A stretch of DNA of 64,000 nucleotides, taken from positions 67,210,419 to 67,274,418 of the forward strand of contig NC_068992.1 in NCBI RefSeq assembly GCF_001194135.2, given 5' to 3'. Positions 1-11,553 of this stretch are shown here, piece after piece. This DNA comes from Octopus bimaculoides (lineage: Eukaryota). Within the stretch, counting starts at the first letter, position 1. Each line of letters opens with the position of its first letter. The translations under genes were made by a program, and so were the position numbers. The notes beneath the pieces are model-generated. The model saw only the letters and a program-made list of their open reading frames with translations. It had not been told where the DNA came from and did no database searches.

Positions 1-228
1 TGTAGAGGCTACAGCCTTGCTGGTCTTGAGCTTTGTCGACCGTCCGATACTTTTCCGATTGAGAACTTTGACCTTCAGTCTTCAAAGTGCTTGGCTGGCT
101 TTGTGGATTCTGGATGAGATTTTGCTGTCCAGTGACCCAACGGCTGAGATTGTGCTGCCAAGTTAGTTGATGCTTTCGACACACGTCAGCCTGACTCCTT
201 TGAGGGTGATGTTTGTCTGGGGGCGAAT
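1..228 (-). mobile_element. RTE-clade LINE fragment (post-RT region of ORF2), decayed
   Basis: Minus-strand translation QTNITLKGVRLTCVESIN*LGSTISAVGSLDSKISSRIHKASQAL*RLKVKVLNRKSIGRSTKLK matches the RTE/BovB-type pattern (F.YLGS.IS..G.LD.EI..RI.KAS.AFGRL...V......TKL). It has two in-frame stops and runs off the window start. Confidence 0.8.
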
Positions 229-875
229 TTAGTTTGTGGTTACTTGGATTAGAACCTCTGTATTCTAATCATTCAAATTGTTAGAGCGTTCTAAGAGGTA
301 CTACTGTTGTCAAGAACTCAACTGCCAGTTAAAGACATTTGAAATCTGACGATTACTCTATGCGTGAAAACACTAATTTAACTTTATGAGCATTACAATA
401 TATTTTTAAAAAGTTAAAATACCACAATAAGAAACGTGAAGAGCAAACTATGTTTTAACTTTATTCACCTGATATATATACACACACGCATACACACACA
501 CACACACACACACACACATCTGTACCGGGTGTGCGTGTGCATGTGTGTGCGCGTGTGTGTGTATCTGCGTGTGTTTGAGTATGCGTGTGTGTGTTGTGTA
601 TATGTGTTTGTGTGCGTGTGTGTGTGCGCCCGCGCGGTCGCTTTTATATCGTCTTTTCATTGCTTATGTCAGCGAAACACAGAACTTTGGTAGGAATTGA
701 CGTAGAGATAGCACCAGGCTTAAAATTAAATCTGGAATCGATTTAATAGAATAAATGTTTCAACGTAGGACTCCAGCATGGCCTTAATACAAGGACTAAA
801 ACATATAAAAGAATACAAGATGTCTCTCTCTCTCTCTCTCTCTCTTCTCACTCACTCACTCACTCACTCACTCAC

Positions 876-1807
876 NNNNNNNNNNNNNNNNNNNNNNNNN
901 NNNNNNNNNNNNNNNNNNNNNNNNNNNNNNNNNNNNNNNNNNNNNNNNNNNNNNNNNNNNNNNNNNNNNNNNNNNNNNNNNNNNNNNNNNNNNNNNNNNN
1001 NNNNNNNNNNNNNNNNNNNNNNNNNNNNNNNNNNNNNNNNNNNNNNNNNNNNNNNNNNNNNNNNNNNNNNNNNNNNNNNNNNNNNNNNNNNNNNNNNNNN
1101 NNNNNNNNNNNNNNNNNNNNNNNNNNNNNNNNNNNNNNNNNNNNNNNNNNNNNNNNNNNNNNNNNNNNNNNNNNNNNNNNNNNNNNNNNNNNNNNNNNNN
1201 NNNNNNNNNNNNNNNNNNNNNNNNNNNNNNNNNNNNNNNNNNNNNNNNNNNNNNNNNNNNNNNNNNNNNNNNNNNNNNNNNNNNNNNNNNNNNNNNNNNN
1301 NNNNNNNNNNNNNNNNNNNNNNNNNNNNNNNNNNNNNNNNNNNNNNNNNNNNNNNNNNNNNNNNNNNNNNNNNNNNNNNNNNNNNNNNNNNNNNNNNNNN
1401 NNNNNNNNNNNNNNNNNNNNNNNNNNNNNNNNNNNNNNNNNNNNNNNNNNNNNNNNNNNNNNNNNNNNNNNNNNNNNNNNNNNNNNNNNNNNNNNNNNNN
1501 NNNNNNNNNNNNNNNNNNNNNNNNNNNNNNNNNNNNNNNNNNNNNNNNNNNNNNNNNNNNNNNNNNNNNNNNNNNNNNNNNNNNNNNNNNNNNNNNNNNN
1601 NNNNNNNNNNNNNNNNNNNNNNNNNNNNNNNNNNNNNNNNNNNNNNNNNNNNNNNNNNNNNNNNNNNNNNNNNNNNNNNNNNNNNNNNNNNNNNNNNNNN
1701 NNNNNNNNNNNNNNNNNNNNNNNNNNNNNNNNNNNNNNNNNNNNNNNNNNNNNNNNNNNNNNNNNNNNNNNNNNNNNNNNNNNNNNNNNNNNNNNNNNNN
1801 NNNNNNN
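876..1807. other. Assembly gap (largest of 14 N-runs; others start near 2747, 4287, 5820, 9718, 11237, 17098, 20100, 23978, 26859, 28022, 35123, 48180 and 59017)
   Basis: N-runs almost always abut microsatellites, typical of a short-read scaffold. Upstream neprilysin exons or the 3' UTR could be hidden in gaps. Confidence 0.99.
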
Positions 1808-2194
1808 GTAGAGTTATTAGTGATATATTATTAGAAATAAGCTATTTCTCATAAATTGATAATAAAGAGTTCTTTTGCTATGTATATTGTTTTGATGTCT
1901 AAGATGTCGGTTCACTTAATGTTTGCAGACTTTGTTGCATTGCGCCGGGAAATATTGTTAGTGTCCTGATTATTTATTATTGATTTGTAGGAAAGGAAAA
2001 AGATCAGGGATCGATTGGGGAAGTTATTGGTTTCCTCGACGTCAATTCAGGACTTTTAGCGATGCTGGATTGATGAGAGTGAAAATAAGATGAGATTTGA
2101 AATCACACTGCATATGTTTGTAATAGAATACTGTAAAGCAGTTTGCTCCCAAAGTTACAAAGTCCAGCAGACTCTATACTTTACAGCAATTAAT

Positions 2195-3060
2195 AATGGT
2201 TTCAAGTTTTGGCACAGGGTCTGCAAATTAGGGAGACGGAGTAAGCCATTGTGATCATCGTCGGAGTTTGAGCTCAGAATGTATAGACGGACGAAAAGTC
2301 GCTGAGAATTTTGCTAACGATTCCGTTAACGATTCCGCTAACGATTCCGCCAACAATTCCGTTAACGTTTCTGCTAACGATTCAGTTAACGATTCTGCTA
2401 ACGATTCCGTTAACAATTCCGCTAACAATTCTGCTAACGATTCCGTTAACGATTCCGCTAACGATTCTCCTAACGATTCTGCTAACGATTCTCCTAACCA
2501 TTCCGCTAACGATTCCGCTAACGATTCCGATAACGATTCCGCTAACGATTCTCCTAACGATTCCACTAACGATTCCGCTAACGATTCTCCTAACCATTCC
2601 GCTAACGATTCCGCTAACGATTCCGCTAACGATTCCGCTAACGATTCCGCTAACGATTCCGCTAACGATTCTCCTAACCATTCCGCTAACGATTCCGCTA
2701 ACGATTCCGATAACGATTCCGCTAACGATTCTCCTAACCATTCCGTNNNNNNNNNNNNNNNNNNNNNNNNNNNNNNNNNNNNNNNNNNNNNNNNNNNNNN
2801 NNNNNNNNNNNNNNNNNNNNNNNNNNNNNNNNNNNNNNNNNNNNNNNNNNNNNNNNNNNNNNNNNNNNNNNNNNNNNNNNNNNNNNNNNNCTAACGATTC
2901 CGCTAACGATTCCGCTAACGATTCCGCTAACGATTCCGCTAACGATTCTCCTAACCATTCCGCTAACGATTCCGCTAACGATTCCGATAACGATTCCGCT
3001 AACGATTCTCCTAACCATTCCGTTAACGATTCCGTTAACGATTCCGCAGGCCGCTTCACT
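2195..3060 (-). mobile_element. tRNA-derived SINE remnant whose 5' head is interrupted by a minisatellite expansion
   Basis: 2260-2312 (gtcggagtttgagctcagaatgtatagacggacgaaaagtcgctgagaatttt) matches the reverse strand of the SINE copies at 14359-14572, 37170-37371 and 41391-41617. The array then starts with gctaacgattcc, where the other copies have a single gctaacgattctgcc-like unit. Confidence 0.7.
2313..3046. repeat. 12-bp minisatellite (consensus GCTAACGATTCC) with a 60-bp higher-order unit; interrupted by N-gap 2747-2890
   Basis: About 36 units lie before the gap and about 13 after it. The variant series ctaacgattctc-ctaaccattccg-ctaacgattccg-ctaacgattccg-ataacgattccg recurs three times. 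Confidence 0.95.
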
Positions 3061-3666
3061 GAAATAATAATACTAAGATGTATTAGGAATTATTTCATAA
3101 AATTTTCTCTTGAATGGACACTTTTGTAACTTTTATGTATTCACTAAGGTTTCTCTCACTGTCACAATTTTTCTAAAAATGTCACGAAAAAAAAAATAAA
3201 TAAAAGGAATTAATTTATTATGTTAATTGGCACCCCACTCCCATATCATTCATTACATAGAGTGAAGTACAAAAACATACACACGCACGCACACCACACA
3301 TAATATCAGCACTTACTAGCACATCACCAATTACTTCTGGTTGCATTCATTAACTTATTTACATCTGGAAGCAAGGAAATACCTGAACGCATATCTATAC
3401 GGTATGTGTGTGTGTTTGTGTGTCATTGTGTTTACAAACAACACCAAAATAAAATAAATATATAGAGAGTACATTTTATTTATTTAGTCAAATCTAGGTC
3501 TCCACCGTAACTCTGCCCTGGCTTCAAGAGTCTCTTTCTGTTGAGGAACTTGAAACTAAGAAGAACATTAGCCTAAACTTGTGTCTATGAACAAATATAT
3601 TCTTATAGAAATATTACAATTTATTTATGTTGCATAACGTATTCTATTTATTATATTTTAAAACAG

Positions 3667-3732
3667 ATCAATGGGCGAAATACCCTGGGTGAAAATATCG
3701 CCGATAATGGTGGACTGAAGCAGTCATTCCGG
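3667..3732 (+). CDS. Peptidase M13 (neprilysin/ECE family) exon, 4th from last; INGRNTLGENIADNGGLKQSFR
   Basis: Acceptor ttttaaaacag|ATC and donor CGG|gtaggt; 66 nt, phase 0-0. Contains the M13 GENIADNGG motif (third Zn ligand Glu plus the conserved Asp). Confidence 0.96.
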
Positions 3733-4183
3733 GTAGGTTGACACATCGGATTGTGTTGTCGTTTGTTTTTTGTCTCGTTAAATACGTTTGTTGAAAATGT
3801 GTTGAAACAAATCTTAATGTTTAGACTTGTTGACGATATGAAAAAATAAATATCAAAAGCGGTCGTTTGTTTACAAGAATGTCATTGCATCGCTACAAGG
3901 TTTACAAACCATTTGAAGATAATACTGAGAAAACTAAGCTATTTATTTGAGAAAACTTAAAGAAATGTAGATAATAGGACACAAGTTAAAATTACTTACT
4001 CTAAAGATTTCATTAACAATAACATCAAATTTAATGCGAAACTGGACTCAATTTAAGACATGACAGATTATCGATATTAAAATGTCTGCCGATCTGTCTG
4101 TCCATATCACTTTGTATGTATGTATGTATGCATGTTTGTATGTATGTATGTATGTATGTATGTATGTATGTATGCATGTATGC

Positions 4184-4227
<44 letters not shown>

Positions 4228-5866
4228 GTCTGTCTGTCTGTCTGTCTGTCTGTATGTCTGTCTGTCTGTCTGACTGTCTGTCTGTCNNNNNNNNNNNNNN
4301 NNNNNNNNNNNNNNNNNNNNNNNNNNNNNNNNNNNNNNNNNNNNNNNNNNNNNNNNNNNNNNNNNNNNNNNNNNNNNNNNNNNNNNNNNNNNNNNNNNNN
4401 NNNNNNNNNNNNNNNNNNNNNNNNNNNNNNNNNNNNNNNNNNNNNNNNNNNNNNNNNNNNNNNNNNNNNNNNNNNNNNNNNNNNNNNNNNNNNNNNNNNN
4501 NNNNNNNNNNNNNNNNNNNNNNNNNNNNNNNNNNNNNNNNNNNNNNNNNNNNNNNNNNNNNNNNNNNNNNNNNNNNNNNNNNNNNNNNNNNNNNNNNNNN
4601 NNNNNNNNNNNNNNNNNNNNNNNNNNNNNNNNNNNNNNNNNNNNNNNNNNNNNNNNNNNNNNNNNNNNNNNNNNNNNNNNNNNNNNNNNNNNNNNNNNNN
4701 NNNNNNNNNNNNNNNNNNNNNNNNNNNNNNNNNNNNNNNNNNNNNNNNNNTCACAAGGGGTAGTATTTCATAGTTTTTGCACTTTCAGTTCGAATTCTAT
4801 TGAGTCTTAAATAAAAAAAAAAATGGTTCCACAAGTGAGAAAGTCTGCTAATCACTTAATTTTATGTTTTTTTTTTTAAAGGTTGAGTAATCTCTCTTTG
4901 AGTTAAAGTGTTTTTAAGGTGAAAATATATGATTTAAAATATTCATTTCGATCTCGACCACAGAGTCACGAATAAGCAAAACTCACATTGCAATGGAACA
5001 AGCAACGATAATAGTGATGGTTACAAACTTTGGCAGCAGTTTTTGATGGGAGGCAGAAGTCGATGACATGTCTTTAGCAGCTGCTTATTGTATCAACACC
5101 GAAAATATAAAACGCAAAGTGGACAGCGGAGGAAAAACAACCGAAATAATAAATACATTGTATTTCTTACATTAATGAACAATAGCTTTTAGAGAAACAT
5201 ATTCCGATGAATGCAGCTTTGATAAAAATAATCACATGGACAAAAATGCATGCATTGATTCGATGGACAGAAAAATAAAATATAAAATACATAGACGTTT
5301 ACAGAAACCTTAAGAATAGAAATACGCTCAGAATAGGAATTTAGAGTGATCTCCCTTGTTTTCCACTATAGTTACTCTGCAAGTAACTTGAGAGTAACCT
5401 CCCCTGCATTGCTAATTTTTATGATATTCCTTTCTTATTTTTCAATGTTATTTATTTCACATTTAATTATTAAACAGACTTTAAAAAAAATTCCTATCGT
5501 ATCCATATCTTTATAATTACCCAAATAAATTCTTTGATGAAAATAGGAAGTGTTCCCAACACAAACATTTCCATAATTTCTGGTTTTATCGGTGTATGGA
5601 CACGGGGAATACGTGTCTGGCGTTGAAAAGAAACGCTCTCCTCTCGTCCCATCGATAAATACACCAACGTCTGAACGACAAATAGGCTGGCAGTGAGACA
5701 AAATGGATGAAACAGTGCTAACGTTATTGCGCGCGCGCGCGGGGTTGTTTGCAATGCGTCTCTCTCTCTCTCTCTCTCACTCTCCCTCCCTCTCTCTCTC
5801 TCTTTCTCTCTCTCTCTCTNNNNNNNNNNNNNNNNNNNNNNNNNNNNNNNNNNNNNNNNNNNNNNN

Positions 5867-5905
<39 letters not shown>

Positions 5906-6020
5906 GCACACTCCCTCTCACATACACACCACACACACAACCACACGCACACACGCACACACGCATACACAAACACAACGCTAACGAAACATCATAGATT
6001 CCGTCAAACACTTCGTGGCA

Positions 6021-6221
6021 TACGAGTGGTTGAGAGATGAAGTGTTCCACGAAAGGCCTGACTGGAGGCCTAACCTTCCGAGTTCTTTACAGGGCTTAGA
6101 GAACTGAAGGACTGCTGCAATAAGTGTGCCACTGTAAGCGGGGAATATGTTGAATGATATCATAATTAACTCTTGTATTTTCTTTTATCCAAAGCCAAGA
6201 ACTCTTCAGCACCCACTCGTA
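6021..6221 (+). mobile_element. Short internally deleted mariner derivative (MITE-like) in a neprilysin intron
   Basis: The ends tacgagtgg (6021) and ccactcgta (6221) are inverted. The interior encodes a transposase C-terminus-like *LEA*PSEFFTGL and GLRELKDCCNKCATVSGEYVE*. Confidence 0.6.
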
Positions 6222-7302
6222 GAATCTCGAAGTGACATACCTGACACAATTCCTCATGTCACAAACAATTACCGATTGTGGGTCTCATAGCCAGATCCTC
6301 GTTAATATTTTCTTTCTGTCTCTCCTGATCATCACACTCTACAAAAGCAACTTCCCGGATAGATTTCGTCATCGATACAAAGTTAAATAACAGCCTTTAA
6401 AAAAAGGTTGCAGGGTTTATTTGATCTGTCCATTCCCCCGATGCACGTTAAAACAAGTAACATACATATTCCTATCGAAGTAGTATAAACATATAATTCT
6501 CCTGATTGACCAACACTTTCAATAATTAAATGAGATCAGAAATGACTAAAATGAAAAATATTGAAAGGCATTTCAGAGGTGGCTACGCTAATCTTTCAAA
6601 CAGACATGGAATTACATATATAACATTAGAACATTATACGTTTGAAATCTTAGAATTTGACAGGGGGATCAATCGTGAATCATTATTTCTCGAGCCTCAA
6701 GTGAATACACACCGTCTCTTTCTCCCACTTCTCTGTTGTCCTTAAATCACACCGGTTCATACTAAACATCCTTCAAATAAACGTCACCATTTCTACTCAA
6801 GCTGGAAAAACTATAATCAATTTCTTCTTTCTCAGATTAAATTCTTGCTATTCTTTTTGTTACTCTTTTTATCTTCTTCATATTATATCATGGATAAAAG
6901 ATGCACCACTCAGATTTTTAGATTCGAAATCGCCTTTAATTTTGAAGTTTTGTTCGAATGTTGAAAATGTATTAATTGACAAACCTAATTGAGGAGCCTC
7001 TCAGGAGCCATTCACTCATATAGAAATGGCAGTTAAATCTCCCTCAACTTATACTCTGCAATCTTAAACAAATAACACACATTTGAAGATGTAGTTCGAG
7101 GCAAAGAATCAAGAAATAATCCTGGATATAGATTAGGACAACTAAGGTCCGATGTTAATCTTGTTCTAACCAAAATAGATCAATTGAAATAGTATGAAAA
7201 TGAATTGATTCTTCGGCATTTGCCAATTTTCTTTGTTAAACAACTTGAAATATGATAGAATTTTCAGAAAGTCATTGCATTAATTCTTTATTTACATTTT
7301 AG

Positions 7303-7401
7303 GCTTACAAGAACTGGATCCGTAAGCGAGGAGCAGAAGAGCCGAAACTACCCGGTCTTAACTATACCCATGAACAATTGTTCTTCCTGGGATTTGCGCA
7401 G
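7303..7401 (+). CDS. Peptidase M13 exon, 3rd from last; [33 protein letters not shown]
   Basis: Acceptor tttacattttag|GCT and donor CAG|gttagt; 99 nt, phase 0-0. Contains the family motif LPGL....QLFFLxFAQ. Confidence 0.96.
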
Positions 7402-7466
7402 GTTAGTGGTTTGAAACAGCTATTTACCGCAAATGAATATTATAACATATACTTTCTACGTCTTAG

Positions 7467-8050
7467 TACTTGAGGAAGTTGAAAATTATCCGCACGTTCG
7501 CCATAAAATATCACATTGCCTCCTGCGCATGTGTACTTATAGTTAGTACTATTGTGGTCCCATGATCAAAGGTTGAGCTTGATGGCGCCATTTTTCTTTC
7601 TGACTTTACGGTGTAAGCATGATCGCTCTGCTAGCAATGTGCACCAAACTGAACAAAGAGCAGTCACCCGATTGCTCTGGTCGCAAGGTGTGTCACGTGC
7701 TAAAATTTATCAGAGACAATATGGGTGCCAAGAGAGCTTACTGCAGAGGAAAAGTGCAAGCATTTTGAGGTCTGCCAACGTTTACCCGATCGCTACAAAA
7801 ATGAGGGCGACAAATTTTTAAGTACAATAGTCACAAAAGATGAAACGTGGGTCCATCTTTATGCGGCAGATTCCAGACCAACCGAAAACCTTCATTTTGG
7901 AAGGAATATGCAGGCTTGTGGACCGCTGGACCAAGTGCATCGAAAAGGAAAGAGGCTATATAGAAAAATGACGTACATGTTTATCCCCTGCCTTTGTGTA
8001 AATACAATGAAAAAACAAGGGTGCGTATAATTTTTAACACTCCCTTTACG
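7467..8050 (+). mobile_element. Internally deleted mariner (DD34D-type) transposon in a neprilysin intron
   Basis: Imperfect TIR core gttgaaaattatccgcac (7478-7495) vs gtgcgtataatttttaac (8021-8038), 16/18 matching. Coding remnants: EQRAVTRLLWSQGVSRAKIYQR (HTH start), PRELTAEEKCKHFEVCQRLPDRYKNEGDKFLSTIVTKDETWVHLY (WVPREL and first catalytic D), and a C-terminal ..WTKCIEKE..-like segment. Confidence 0.85.
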
Positions 8051-8239
8051 TGGGGGTGTGCATGTTACGTGTAGTGCATGTTTATAACATTTCAACGTAG
8101 TTTCATCCTGGCAAACTACGTGACCGTCGGTGATAACAGTGAGGATTGTTGTTGTAGTTCTATTACTAGTTACAACAGTTGCAGTAGATTTTATTCTAAT
8201 ACAATGAGCGTTGATTGAATGTTATTGACTTTATTTCAG

Positions 8240-8316
8240 GTTTGGTGTGGGAACATGCGGCCCCAGTATGCACAGAACCGCATTTTGTCTGGGTACCACA
8301 GCCCAGGTCGATTTCG
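8240..8316 (+). CDS. Peptidase M13 exon, penultimate; VWCGNMRPQYAQNRILSGYHSPGRF(R)
   Basis: Acceptor ctttatttcag|GTT and donor CG|gtaagc; 77 nt, phase 0-2. VWC...HSP..xR motif with the transition-state His and conserved Arg. Confidence 0.96.
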
Positions 8317-9431
8317 GTAAGCAAACATTTCCTATGATATCTTAATGTTACTTGTCTCTCAGACATTTTAACTTGCTCATTAAATATACCTGACAAATAT
8401 TTGTGGCCAATCAGTCCAATTAATCTTCATCAATTAAGAATGTTGTGTCTTTCGCAATGTGGAGAGTCTATTAGACAGAAACATTGGCAATTCGCTGTGC
8501 GCAAGTAGACAGGATGTAACGGATTGTTGCGTCAAGTTTCCAATTACCGAAATAGGAAAACTGTAGTTGTCTTTTAGCGTGCGTGTGCGAGTGCATGTGC
8601 ACGTGCGTATGCTTTTGTGTATGTTCGTATGTAAATGGATGTGAGTAGGTGTGGACGGACGTACATATTTTCAAGGGAAGCAACTCCAGAAGGTAAAAGA
8701 TTCAGGGGAGACAAATGTAAACTTTAAGCACCTAACACAAATCTAGTAGCAGTATAAGAAATCTAGTCAACTTTCTTGTGAGGTCATGGTTGGACAAGGA
8801 CAACTCATTGGACAAAGTTAAATAGCCATACAATTTACACATCGTAGTTTCTGTAATACCAGGGAGAGGTATTGTATATGTATGTGTGCGTGTTTTATGT
8901 GTGAGTGTGTGTGAGTTGTGTGCGTGCGTGTTTTGTGTGTGAGTGTGTGTGTGTGTGTATGTCTATGTATATACATACATATATATATATAGTTAAGTTA
9001 GAATTACCACATTTGATACATGGTGTGTTAATTAGTGAAAGACATGTAGTTATACAGAGAAGAAAAAACAAAATGAACCAATAAAAGTAAAGCATACTCC
9101 ACAGAAAATGTACATAAAACGATGATAATGATGTGACATATCCAGCGATATAACTACATAGCATCGTGATCTTACGTTCTATAGAGCGAAAAGTTGATTT
9201 AGATACTTCCAATCATGCATTAGAAGTTTCAAAAGCATCCGAACGAAATGTCTCTATATAGACATAATATGTATGGAACTTATCCAACTGTGAATATAAG
9301 ACGTCATACCAGGAAATATAACACGAAATCTGAAACTAGCAGCGCATAAATGTTGTCATAACTTTGAAATAATTGGTTTAAATATGTAAATATGTATTAT
9401 AACGGGAATTTTTTGTTTCGTTTTGCAACAG

Positions 9432-9531
9432 GGTTATTGGTACACTGCATAACTCGAAGGAATTTTCAGAAGCCTTCAACTGCCCAAAGGGCAGCTACAT
9501 GAATCCAGAGAAGAAGTGCTCAGTGTGGTGA
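9432..9531 (+). CDS. Peptidase M13 terminal coding exon; (R)[32 protein letters not shown]
   Basis: Acceptor ttttgcaacag|G completes the Arg codon; stop TGA at 9529-9531. The C-terminal FxC..GSxMNP..KCxVW is diagnostic of the neprilysin family. The paralogue cannot be assigned from this fragment, so no symbol is given. Confidence 0.96.
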
Positions 9532-10818
9532 GAAAGTATTTGACGGTTCACTGCATAGTGCCACACTCAACATTTCTATGTGTTTTCTCCTCGGTGTACT
9601 TTCAATTTCTGGTGACTGAACATTATTACCTCGAGCAAACGTACAAATGAGAGGACACTACAAAAGAGGTTTTAACACTATAAAATCCACCAACAAATAT
9701 ATATATGTATATATATANNNNNNNNNNNNNNNNNNNNNNNNNNNNNNNNNNNNNNNNNNNNNNNNNNNNNNNNNNNNNNNNNNNNNNNNNNNNNNNNNNN
9801 NNNNNNNNNNNNNNNNNNNNNNNNNNNNNNNNNNNNNNNNNNNNNNNNNNNNNNNNNNNNNNNNNNNNNNNNNNNNNNNNNNNNNNNNNNNNNNNNNNNN
9901 NNNNNNNNNNNNNNNNNNNNNNNNNNNNNNNNNNNNNNNNNNNNNNNNNNNNNNNNNNNNNNNNNNNNNNNNNNNNNNNNNNNNNNNNNNNNNNNNNNNN
10001 NNNNNNNNNNNNNNNNNNNNNNNNNNNNNNNNNNNNNNNNNNNNNNNNNNNNNNNNNNNNNNNNNNNNNNNNNNNNNNNNNNNNNNNNNNNNNNNNNNNN
10101 NNNNNNNNNNNNNNNNNNNNNNNNNNNNNNNNNNNNNNNNNNNNNNNNNNNNNNNNNNNNNNNNNNNNNNNNNNNNNNNNNNNNNNNNNNNNNNNNNNNN
10201 NNNNNNNNNNNNNNNNNNNNNNNNNNNNNNNNNNNNNNNNNNNNNNNNNNNNNNNNNNNNNNNNNNNTATATGAGACTATCTTGTTAAATATAATTGTAT
10301 ATGATGTCTGCAGATGTTTCAATATTTTATTCCTAAATTTTCTCTACGACGTATAAATATTTGGTATTTTGTGCCGTGTATTTCAAATTTATTCTCATTG
10401 TAATCGTTATATTACCTGTAAATATTGCAATATTCTATCTCTCTTCCAAAAACCTTCTTTATTTTCTCTTTTTTCTCATCAACATACTATATTATGAAAA
10501 TGATAATTATTGATAAAACTATGATAAACAAAATCTGATATATATATATTTCATATCGACATCTGTTTATGACACAAATACTTAAAATTGAAGTAGACAA
10601 AAAAAAAAAACTGGCTGAGGTGCATAATAAGAAGAACACTTTTTTATGCAAATGTTGGAAACTACTTTTTCTCTCCTGTTTTCAGTTTGGAATTAAATTG
10701 TATATTTTCATTTCTTTCACTACGGAGAACCCAGTGAAATTATATGTAGTCAATAAAATTGTTGTTGAATTATGACGAGCAATGAGGAAAAAGGAAATCG
10801 ACAGATATAAAAATACAA

Positions 10819-10869
<51 letters not shown>

Positions 10870-11203
10870 TAATAATAATTTTATCCTTCAACTTTAACAG
10901 ACTGGCTTGCAAGCAAGATGAAACGCATATAGATAAGTGATTCGTTGCAAAAATAATTCCAAATCTGTAGACAAAGGTTTATGAAAAATATATATATGTC
11001 ACATTGAAAAACTAATGTCATTTCGCTGTTAAGAAGGCAATGGTTGCCTAAATCATGACACGAAATGTAAAAGCAATTTATAAAGGTTTTAAGTATACAA
11101 GTTTAGAGCTGGTTAGTTTCAGTTTGTTCGTATCAATAAACATACACACATACACACACATATATATAGGGATATACATGCATGAATGTACACTTACATA
11201 CAA

Positions 11204-11236
<33 letters not shown>

Positions 11237-11511
11237 NNNNNNNNNNNNNNNNNNNNNNNNNNNNNNNNNNNNNNNNNNNNNNNNNNNNNNNNNNNNNNNN
11301 NNNNNNNNNNNNNNNNNNNNNNNNNNNNNNNNNNNNNNNNNNNNNNNNNNNNNNNNNNNNNNNNNNNNNNNNNNNNNNNNNNNNNNNNNNNNNNNNNNNN
11401 NNNNNNNNNNNNNNNNNNNNNNNNNNNNNNNNNNNNNNNNNNNNNNNNNNNNNNNNNNNNNNNNNNNNNNNNNNNNNNNNNNNNNNNNNNNNNNNNNNNN
11501 NNNNNNNNNNN

Positions 11512-11553
<42 letters not shown>

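Noticed and set aside
2313-3046. CRISPR-like array (also considered for 49253-49461 and 25991-26188)
   Set aside because: The units are contiguous with no unique spacers, there are no cas genes, and the DNA is eukaryotic with spliceosomal introns.
2268-3129. (NDSA)n / (LTIP)n / (ESLA)n ORFs that look like an acidic, N-glycosylated or biomineralisation protein
   Set aside because: They are translations of a 12-bp minisatellite derived from a SINE head. Several frames are open only because the unit has a length divisible by 3 and lacks stops. No signal peptide or flanking splice sites.
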